Assembly: GCA_019113455.1 (NCBI GenBank)
Contig: DXHG01000055.1
Coordinates: forward strand, 1-35,457
Source of the DNA: Candidatus Treponema faecavium
Lineage (GTDB): Bacteria > Spirochaetota > Spirochaetia > Treponematales > Treponemataceae
DNA: 35,457 nt
Direction of reading: 5' to 3'
A model generated the notes under the pieces. It worked only from the letters and a program-made list of their open reading frames with translations, did no database searches and was not told the DNA's origin. This document shows positions 10,113 to 16,710 of the stretch, piece after piece. Position 1 is the first letter of the stretch. Each line of letters starts with the position of its first letter. The position numbers and the translations under genes are program-made.

Positions 10113-10141
10113 ATAATACCGCGCCGTGAAAACTTAATCAA
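10113..10141 (-). promoter_or_regulatory. Sigma70-like promoter for the HD-GYP/Hpt/hisGB operon
   Basis: Minus strand reads TTGATT (10141-10136), a 17-nt spacer, then TATTAT (10118-10113), about 75 nt upstream of ATG 10032. Confidence 0.5.
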
Positions 10142-10297
10142 GATAAGTTTTTTCTTTGCAGGTTCCCTGCACAGTGCTCAAAGCCTGGAGCATACCCACA
10201 AAACAGCCGCGCGTACACACGCAGAAAACAACCCGAAGCGAACTGCGGCTTCAGCGCCGCATAAAACGGGCAAATCAAATGCACTGCTCTCTGGAAA

Positions 10298-11551
10298 TCA
10301 GAATCCGAGCTTTACGCTCGTTTTCACGCCGAGACCCGCGAGCTGAAAGCTCCGCAGAAAATCAGCCGATTGAGAAGCAACGGCAACGTTTAACTCAAGC
10401 ACGCGGAAATTGAACATAAAGCCCACGGATTGGCAGAATATTTCGTTCTCGCGGCTGCTCGCCAGGCGCAGCGCGGCAAGCTCGTGCGAGCCGATGCTGC
10501 CTTTTAAGTCGAGCGCGAGGTCATAGTCTACAAAGAACATATCAAGTCCTTCTTCCCCGTTCAGGCGGAAACAGAAATCGACCCCGCCGCTCACCGTAAA
10601 CCACCGCCAGCCGAACAGCGGCCGCACCGCCGCGTTGATGCCGATTTTAAGCGGCCGGCGAACGCCGAATGTCTCAAGCTCGGACGGTATGCCGTCCAAA
10701 TCGGGCATATTGACTGCGTTTTTAAAATCAGGCATCTCGCCGTCAAGCATTTCTTCCACGGAACCGGCAAGATTAACCGAAACCGGCACATGCGTGCGGT
10801 AATTCAGCTTGCCCGCTACGGCGGGGATATGCCGTATTGACGCGCCCACGTCAAGAAAAGACAGCACCGGATACTGCGCCGCGATCGAAAAATCAATACC
10901 GCCGACGCTCAGCATGTCCTGCATCCAGGCCATATTCGCCAAATCGTTGAGCGGGGCGAGCGTGTGAACGTCCATGTTCAGCGCGCCCTCGACAGCAAAC
11001 GAACCGTCTTCGCCTGAACGCACGCTCAGCGACGAACCGCGGCTTGTTGCGTATACTATAGGAACAAAAAACGACGAGCCTATCGAGAGTTTGAGCTTGT
11101 CTACGGAAAAGCCCACGTCGGCAGTCGCATGGGCGTACAATTCCGCGCTCACGTCTATATCGCTTGAAACAGTCTCGTTGAGCGCGTTGCCGCTGCCGAG
11201 CAGGTCGAGCAAAAGCTGCGGCACGGATGCGCTTACTACACCGTCAACGCCGGCGGAAAGACCGATATGAATACCTTTTTGCGGCCCCACGTTGAGGTTC
11301 ATAAACGCAGCGGCGTTTACGTTCATGTCAAGCGGAAGCCCTTTCCTGAGTTTCTGCGACATTTCAGTAAAATCGATGACAATCGTCTCGGTAAAAATAT
11401 CGGACGCGCGGAACCAGCCGTTCGATACGCCGGCTCCCACATCGGCGCCCAGTTCAAAAAAGCGGTGCGGCTTGTCAAACTGCGCGTACAGGCCTGCCGC
11501 GGCACACACGCACAGCGCAGCGCACAGACAGATATAGCGAAATCGTTTCAC
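10298..11551 (-). CDS. Putative outer-membrane beta-barrel protein (unknown family)
   Basis: GTG 11551 lies 5 nt after GGAGG (rc of 11557-11561), directly after the upstream TAA. The track's 11593 start overlaps the upstream gene. Signal peptide VKRFRYICLCAALCVCAAAGLYAQ. Alternating amphipathic beta-like segments. C-terminus ..SVKLGF ends in a terminal Phe, as in many OMPs. Confidence 0.7.
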   Translation of the reverse strand: MKRFRYICLCAALCVCAAAGLYAQFDKPHRFFELGADVGAGVSNGWFRASDIFTETIVIDFTEMSQKLRKGLPLDMNVNAAAFMNLNVGPQKGIHIGLSAGVDGVVSASVPQLLLDLLGSGNALNETVSSDIDVSAELYAHATADVGFSVDKLKLSIGSSFFVPIVYATSRGSSLSVRSGEDGSFAVEGALNMDVHTLAPLNDLANMAWMQDMLSVGGIDFSIAAQYPVLSFLDVGASIRHIPAVAGKLNYRTHVPVSVNLAGSVEEMLDGEMPDFKNAVNMPDLDGIPSELETFGVRRPLKIGINAAVRPLFGWRWFTVSGGVDFCFRLNGEEGLDMFFVDYDLALDLKGSIGSHELAALRLASSRENEIFCQSVGFMFNFRVLELNVAVASQSADFLRSFQLAGLGVKTSVKLGF

Positions 11552-11561
11552 GGCTGCCTCC

Positions 11562-13931
11562 TTACAATACAAACTCGCCGGTGGAAAAATCATACACGCC
11601 GTTAATGCTCACGCCCGCAGCAAGGCTCACCGATGCGCCGAACAGCGCGCCGCGCGGAATCTTGATATAGTTCTCCCCGTCTTCGCCTTTCGTTCCGGTA
11701 ACCGTTATCACAACCTTCGGATTAAACGGATACGCGTACAGCACCTTATCAAGTATATCGGCGCCCACTATGTTAACAATATCGGCTTTATCTTTTCCGG
11801 CGCCTATCGTAAACGCTTCGTCAAGTTTGTATGTTTTCTGCTCGTCAGCTGTAAGCGATTCCCACTCACGCACTGCGCCGTCAGCCGTTTTAACCCGTTC
11901 CGGCGTGTTAGTCAGCGTTGCGCGCAAGCCCGCGCCGAATTTATTGTCATACGAAACAGAAACGGTAAGTTTGTCAAGCGAGCGTATCACCTGATCAAGC
12001 GTTTCATCAAGGGAATCGGGGCTCGTCCTTCCCAGCAGGTCTCCGTCTGACGATTCACCTTCTCCGGTAAGGGATGAAAGCGACAGCTCCACCTCTGCCG
12101 TGCCGCGGGGCAGTTTCAGTTTGAGCGGAGCGATGACGAGCAGAGACGCTTCGATAGACAGCTTGCCTCCCTCAAGTTTATCTATCTCGTCTTTCGTAAT
12201 CGTTACATTGCCGCCGTCTTTTCCCGTGATGGAAATATCATACTTCACCGTGAGATCGGAGGGATACTCGTTAAGCTTCTCGGTAATCTTTTCATGATGC
12301 AAGTCAGCACTCACGTTGCCGAGCGCATATGAAAACTTCTCCGTAATTGTGCCGCCGGGCTCGGGCAGGTCTGGCCCGCTGCTCAAAAGCCGTATATCAG
12401 TAACAAGCAGATTTTCAGATCCTGCCGCCCCGGCGCCTGAAAGCGTTATCTCTCCCGCGGCGGCAATGTCTGTAAGCACGTCTTCACGCGGCTTTATGAT
12501 AAACGGATACGCCTCAATGCCGCTGAACTCAATCTGCTCGGTAAGGGCTTGACTCTCAGGAGCAATCTCTTTAATCATGTCGTTAATCGTGCTTTCAAGC
12601 TCAGAAAGATCGATGGGGGCTGTCTCGCCTTTAAGCGGATTCTCCGCTCCCTCTGTAAGATTGCTGAAAGCATCGTCCGCGAGCGTGATTGATTCCCACT
12701 CCATCACGGACGTCAAGCTGCCGCTCAGCGTATAGGCGGCTCCCGGTGCTACGGTTGTAAAGCGGTAGAGCGTCTGGTCGCCCCGTTGTTCAGACGGCAG
12801 CGCAATCTCTACGGTAAACGGCAGTATCTTTTTTCCACCCTTGTCAATAAGACTGGAGACGTCAAGTTGTGCCGGGGCAGTAAGATTTATGTCCGTGTTC
12901 CCCGCGCCTCCTTTTATAACATCGCTTGTATCGAGCAATCCGACGGTGGCCGTACTGACCGTGATTGTGATGTCGTTGCCTTCAGGCAGCGTGCTTGTAA
13001 AACTGCCTTCCGCGCCGATTTTGGAAAACTGCACCTGCTCAACCAGCCCGTCAAGATCGATTAAGTCAACCTCTTCAGTCTGGCTGAACTGCTTCGTTAT
13101 CTCGTCCGGCAGCTTGACAAGCACAGAATTGATGGTGGTTATCTCGCCCGTAACGGAGAGTGTCACGCCGCCATCAGGAACTGAGGAACCGGCTTTAATG
13201 GTGATGCTGCCGCCAAGCTTATAATCGCTGTTTTCGCCGCTTACAAGCGGCGTTTTTTCCAGAGAAAAATACCACCCGCTGCTGCTGTCTCCTTCAATAG
13301 GAGACGGGGCACCATCGCCAATAGACAGCGTAACGCCCTGCAAATCGGCGCCGTCAAAACCCGGAGTCTTAATCATAAGCTTGCCGGTAACGACAGCTTC
13401 TGCAATCGTCACGCCATCGGAAGACAGATCAGCCCCCTCAAACGCAACATTTCCTATTGGCACATCAGGGACATCAATTGGCACAGTCTGCCCGGCCAAA
13501 TTTTCACCAATAGTAAATTCGTATTCTATTTTAATGTCCGGTATCGCGATTGTCTGTTCGGGAATCTCGACATTTGTAGATTCCACATTGGCAGCGTCAA
13601 GCGCCCCGCTTACGTCAATATCAAATGTGCCCAGATTATAGTACAGCGCAAACTGCTGCATGGTGCTGTTTCCGCCGGGGTTATAGTCGTACACGGTCAT
13701 GCCGTCAGTATCGCCGCCGAGCATATCCTGTATGTCTGCGGCAGAAGCATAGTCGTCAAGTTTTTCTTCCGCCTTGCCAAGACCCACGTTAAACGTGGGG
13801 TCGGCAATAACGTTCACTTTTTTTGGCAGCATAACGCCATTGCAGCCCAGCAGAACCGCCGCGCACAGCACGCGTATACCTGCGGCGCACGCAAACCGCG
13901 CCGTTTTTTTTAACAGAGTACAGATACCCAT
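11562..13931 (-). CDS. Large acidic lipoprotein of unknown function
   Basis: 789 aa. AAGGAGG (rc of 13936-13942) precedes ATG 13931. Signal peptide ends in lipobox LLGC (Cys30). The mature part is rich in D/E/T/S/G and I recognise no catalytic motif. Tightly coupled to the downstream barrel-like gene. Confidence 0.8.
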   Translation of the reverse strand: MGICTLLKKTARFACAAGIRVLCAAVLLGCNGVMLPKKVNVIADPTFNVGLGKAEEKLDDYASAADIQDMLGGDTDGMTVYDYNPGGNSTMQQFALYYNLGTFDIDVSGALDAANVESTNVEIPEQTIAIPDIKIEYEFTIGENLAGQTVPIDVPDVPIGNVAFEGADLSSDGVTIAEAVVTGKLMIKTPGFDGADLQGVTLSIGDGAPSPIEGDSSSGWYFSLEKTPLVSGENSDYKLGGSITIKAGSSVPDGGVTLSVTGEITTINSVLVKLPDEITKQFSQTEEVDLIDLDGLVEQVQFSKIGAEGSFTSTLPEGNDITITVSTATVGLLDTSDVIKGGAGNTDINLTAPAQLDVSSLIDKGGKKILPFTVEIALPSEQRGDQTLYRFTTVAPGAAYTLSGSLTSVMEWESITLADDAFSNLTEGAENPLKGETAPIDLSELESTINDMIKEIAPESQALTEQIEFSGIEAYPFIIKPREDVLTDIAAAGEITLSGAGAAGSENLLVTDIRLLSSGPDLPEPGGTITEKFSYALGNVSADLHHEKITEKLNEYPSDLTVKYDISITGKDGGNVTITKDEIDKLEGGKLSIEASLLVIAPLKLKLPRGTAEVELSLSSLTGEGESSDGDLLGRTSPDSLDETLDQVIRSLDKLTVSVSYDNKFGAGLRATLTNTPERVKTADGAVREWESLTADEQKTYKLDEAFTIGAGKDKADIVNIVGADILDKVLYAYPFNPKVVITVTGTKGEDGENYIKIPRGALFGASVSLAAGVSINGVYDFSTGEFVL

Positions 13932-14005
13932 ACAGCCTCCTTATGTGCACACAAGTCTGTATACGCCGCCTGAAAACATATCAGGCATAAAAAATATCCA
14001 ATTAG

Positions 14006-14034
14006 ATTATACCGTTGACGCGCGCGGTCTGCAA
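14006..14034 (-). promoter_or_regulatory. Sigma70-like promoter for the lipoprotein/OMP operon
   Basis: Minus strand reads TTGCAG (14034-14029), a 17-nt spacer, then TATAAT (14011-14006), about 70 nt upstream of ATG 13931. Confidence 0.5.
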
Positions 14035-14054
14035 GACAGGGAACACGGGTTTGC

Positions 14055-14258
14055 CGGTTTTTGCCCCTGCGGGGCGAGCTTGTTTCCTTTGCAGTTCCAC
14101 TGCGGGGCGGTTCTGCGCTTGCACGCGCGGCTGTTTTTCTTCGCAGGTCTCACCCGCAGGGTGGGTTCTGCGCTTGCATGCGGGCTTGTTTCCTTTGCGG
14201 GTCTCACCCGCGGGGTGGTTCTGCGCTTGCACGCGGGATTTTTTCTTTCTTATTCTAG
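14055..14258. repeat. Tandem repeat, ~54-bp unit (53-55), ~3.7 copies, ending in the TTCTTTCTTATTCT box
   Basis: TTCTGCGCTTGCA(C/T)GCG recurs at 14111, 14166 and 14219. The intervening segments are mutually similar: CTGTTTTTCTTCGCAGGTCTCACCCGCAGGGTG versus CTTGTTTCCTTTGCGGGTCTCACCCGCGGGGTG. A degenerate unit starts near 14055. Confidence 0.85.
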
Positions 14259-14415
14259 TCGCAAACCTTCGGTTTGCTTACGCAGTTTTAGGGCTGTGCC
14301 CTAAAACTGCCAGTTCAGCTATCTGTCGTTAGCCTGATAGCTGAACCACAGCACAGGGGCTTGTCGCTGCGCTCCAAGCTACCAAGTTTAAGGCTGCGCC
14401 CTAAACTTGCATAGA
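14259..14415. repeat. Cluster of REP-like stem-loops (AGTTT(T/A)AGGG..CCCTAAAACT type)
   Basis: Hairpins GCAAACC-TTCG-GTTTGC (~14260-14277), CAGTTTTAGGGC/GCCCTAAAACTG (~14283-14309), CAGCTATC..GATAGCTG (~14315-14345) and AAGTTTAAGG..CCCTAAACTT (~14384-14409). Confidence 0.75.
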
Positions 14416-14464
14416 TGGTAACTTTGCAAGATTTGGAGCAGTACTTTGTAAAGAAAAAAGACAC

Positions 14465-14725
14465 GATTTGCCGCTGGCAAAATATTTGCCGTTTAAAAAT
14501 AAAAAATTTGCCGATTACGAATGAAAAATTTGCCGTCGGACAGCGGCGCACTTGCCGATTGCAAATTTTTTGTTTGCCGTCGGCAAATGAAATGTTTGCC
14601 GACGGCGAGTGTCTCACTGGCCGACGGCAAATTTCACTCCCGATAAACGGCAAATTTAAAATTAGCAATCGGCAAATTTTTTATTTGACATCGGGAAATT
14701 CTTTTAGTTTCCCGGCAGGAAACTT
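14465..14725. repeat. ~260-bp element densely packed with TTTGCCG / CGGCAAA motifs, copy 1
   Basis: TTTGCCG at 14467, 14485, 14507, 14529, (C)TTGCCG at 14551. Palindrome TTTGCCGTCGGCAAA at 14573-14587. TTTGCCGACGGCGA at 14595. GGCCGACGGCAAA ending at 14631. CGGCAAA at 14648 and 14670. CGGGAAA at 14692. TTTCCCGGCAGGAAA at 14708-14722. Forward motifs fill the left half and reverse motifs the right half. Confidence 0.85.
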
Positions 14726-14729
14726 TTCG

Positions 14730-15300
14730 CGGCGCTCTAAACTTGCGACTTTGTCCATGCAAGTTTAGGGCGCAATGCGCCCTAAACTTGGCAGCTTGCC
14801 GCTACGCGGCAAGCCTCAGTGCTGGAAAAGAGGGAGAGGGCTGGAGAGGGAGGAATACCCGCTTCTGAAGCAGATGTTTTTCTTCCTCTTCAGAAAAATA
14901 AATTATAGAGAATAAGAAAGAAACAAGCCGTGCATGCAACCGCAGAACCTCTCCACAGCGAACTGCAAAGAAAACAAGTCCGCGTGCGAAACGCAGCGAC
15001 TGGCACCCAGTGCTGGAAGAGAGGGTGTACGCTTACTGCTCGGACTAACGCTCTCGCAGTAAGCTGGCAGTTTTGAGGCAGAGCCTCAAAACTGCGTAAG
15101 CAGACCGTAGGTCTGCGACCAGGTGCCTCTCCCGCCCCAGAAAAACAAATTATAGAGAATAAAAAAGAAAAAACGCCCGCGTGCACACGCAAAAGCAAAA
15201 CCGCAGGGAACTGCAAAGAAAGCAGCTGCGCGTGCAAAACGCAGAAAAAACACCCCGCAGCGGGCTGCGAAACTGCCGCCGCACGTGCAGCGTGCAGAGT
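14730..15300. repeat. Two tandem forward copies of the mosaic repeat
   Basis: Hairpins 14735-14815. Copy 1: CAGTGCTGGAAAAGAGGGAG at 14816, AAATTATAGAGAATAAGAAAGAAA at 14898, CCGCGTGCGAAACGCAG near 14980. Copy 2: CAGTGCTGGAAGAGAGGG at 15008, hairpins CAGTTTTGAGGC/GCCTCAAAACTG and GCAGACC/GGTCTGC, AAATTATAGAGAATAAAAAAGAAA at 15147, CCGCGTGCACACGC and CTGCGCGTGCAAAACGCAG to about 15300. Confidence 0.8.
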
Positions 15301-15334
15301 AACTGCCGCTGCTCCAAGCCTCCGCTCTCCAAAC

Positions 15335-15363
15335 TTGTCAAAAAACATATTTGCCGCTATCAT
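15335..15363 (+). promoter_or_regulatory. Sigma70-like promoter abutting purD (possible leaderless transcript)
   Basis: TTGTCA (15335-15340), a 17-nt spacer, TATCAT (15358-15363), then only 6 nt (AGCGGT) before ATG 15370. No Shine-Dalgarno sequence. Confidence 0.4.
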
Positions 15364-15369
15364 AGCGGT

Positions 15370-16704
15370 ATGAAAGTCATGGTAGTCGGTTCTGGCGGCC
15401 GGGAACACGCCATCAGCTGGGCGCTGGCAAAAAGCCCGCGCGTGGATACCGTTGTCTGCGTTCCCGGGAACGGCGGAACGGCATATGAAACAAAATGTGT
15501 CAATATTGATCCTGCTGCGTACAGCTGCCCGCCGCAGCTGGGGGAACTTGAGCGGTACGTCTATATCGCCACGCAGGAAGGCTGCGCGTTTGCGGTTATC
15601 GGACCTGAGGCTCCGCTTGCGGCGGGGCTTGCCGACATGCTTGAGGATGCAGGGATTCCGGCTGTCGGGCCGCGAAAACAGGCGGCGCAGCTTGAGGCAA
15701 GCAAGGATGCTGCCAAGCAGTTTATGAAAAAGTACGGCATTGCCTGCGCAAAAAGCGAATCGTTCCGTGATCCTGAGCAGGCGCACAAGTATATCGATGA
15801 GCAGGGAGCGCCTATTGTAATAAAAGCCGACGGTCTCGCCGCCGGAAAAGGCGTCGTTGTTGCCAAAACTGCCGAAGAGGCGCACGCAGCCATACGCGAT
15901 TTTATGGAAAAAGACACGCTCGGCGGCGCGGGAGCCACGGTTATTATAGAAGAATATTTGACGGGAACGGAAATCTCGATGTTCGCCGCCGTGTGCGCTG
16001 CGCCGAAACTCACCGATGCTGCCAGATCCTGCATCACGCCGCTTATGTATGCGCGCGATCACAAGCGCCTGCATGACGGCGCGCAGGGGCCCAATACGGG
16101 CGGCATGGGAGCCGTTGCTCCGCTTACGGATATAACAGCGCAGCAGTACGATGATTTTATACAGTATATTTATATGCCGACGTTTGCCGGCATTGTCGCA
16201 GAGGGCTGGGATTATAGGGGATTTTTATTTTTCGGGCTCATGCTTACCAAAGACGGGCCAAAGCTCCTTGAATACAATGTCCGCCTCGGAGACCCTGAAA
16301 CACAGGCGCTGCTGCCGCTTCTGGACAGCGACTTTGCGGAGCTGTGCGAGGGACTTGCAGGCGGCAAGCTCGGCGACTGCGGCGTCTCATGGAAGCAGGG
16401 GTTTGTATGTGCTCCGGTTGCCGTCTCGGGCGGGTACCCGGGCAGTTATGAGAAAGGCAAACGCATCAGCATCGATAATTCACGCTATGACGCGGAACAT
16501 GTCAAAATCTTTATCGCAGGCGCGAAAGCGGCAGACGGCGGCCGGCTTGAGACAAGCGGCGGGCGCGTGCTTTCGGCTGCGGCATACGGAACGACCGCTC
16601 AAGAGGCGCGCTCCCGCGCGTATGAGGCGCTTGAAGCCGTTTCATTCGACGGCATGTTTTACCGCCGCGACATCGGACTCCCCGGCGCGGCTGATTCGAC
16701 ATAG
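15370..16704 (+). CDS. purD: Phosphoribosylamine-glycine ligase
   Basis: The track ORF starts at 15181 inside the repeat. ATG 15370 gives the canonical N-terminus MKVMVVGSGGREHAISWAL. ATP-grasp motifs IVIKADGLAAGKGVVVA, EEYLTGTEIS, LEYNVRLGDPETQ, GGRVLS. 444 aa. Confidence 0.95.
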   Translation: MKVMVVGSGGREHAISWALAKSPRVDTVVCVPGNGGTAYETKCVNIDPAAYSCPPQLGELERYVYIATQEGCAFAVIGPEAPLAAGLADMLEDAGIPAVGPRKQAAQLEASKDAAKQFMKKYGIACAKSESFRDPEQAHKYIDEQGAPIVIKADGLAAGKGVVVAKTAEEAHAAIRDFMEKDTLGGAGATVIIEEYLTGTEISMFAAVCAAPKLTDAARSCITPLMYARDHKRLHDGAQGPNTGGMGAVAPLTDITAQQYDDFIQYIYMPTFAGIVAEGWDYRGFLFFGLMLTKDGPKLLEYNVRLGDPETQALLPLLDSDFAELCEGLAGGKLGDCGVSWKQGFVCAPVAVSGGYPGSYEKGKRISIDNSRYDAEHVKIFIAGAKAADGGRLETSGGRVLSAAAYGTTAQEARSRAYEALEAVSFDGMFYRRDIGLPGAADST

Positions 16705-16710
16705 CAGCCG

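Noticed and set aside
14055-14258. Possible CRISPR array (22-bp conserved block TTCTGCGCTTGCACGCG recurring every ~54 bp)
   Set aside because: The 'spacers' between the blocks are themselves about 80% identical to one another, so this is a plain tandem repeat. There are only about 3.7 units and no cas genes, and the same unit recurs at other loci.
14475-14490. Sigma54-like promoter TGGCAA-N5-TTGC
   Set aside because: It is formed by two adjacent TTTGCCG/GGCAAA repeat motifs, so a chance match is likely. The equivalent position in the second copy (32.1 kb) has different spacing. Nothing coding lies downstream for about 900 bp.
14890-16074. 394-aa minus-strand ORF, and the 15181 N-terminal extension of the purD ORF
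   Set aside because: The minus ORF is antisense to purD, a high-GC artefact, and runs into the repeat region. The purD extension translates repeat DNA (R/C/K-rich). The canonical PurD N-terminus begins at 15370.
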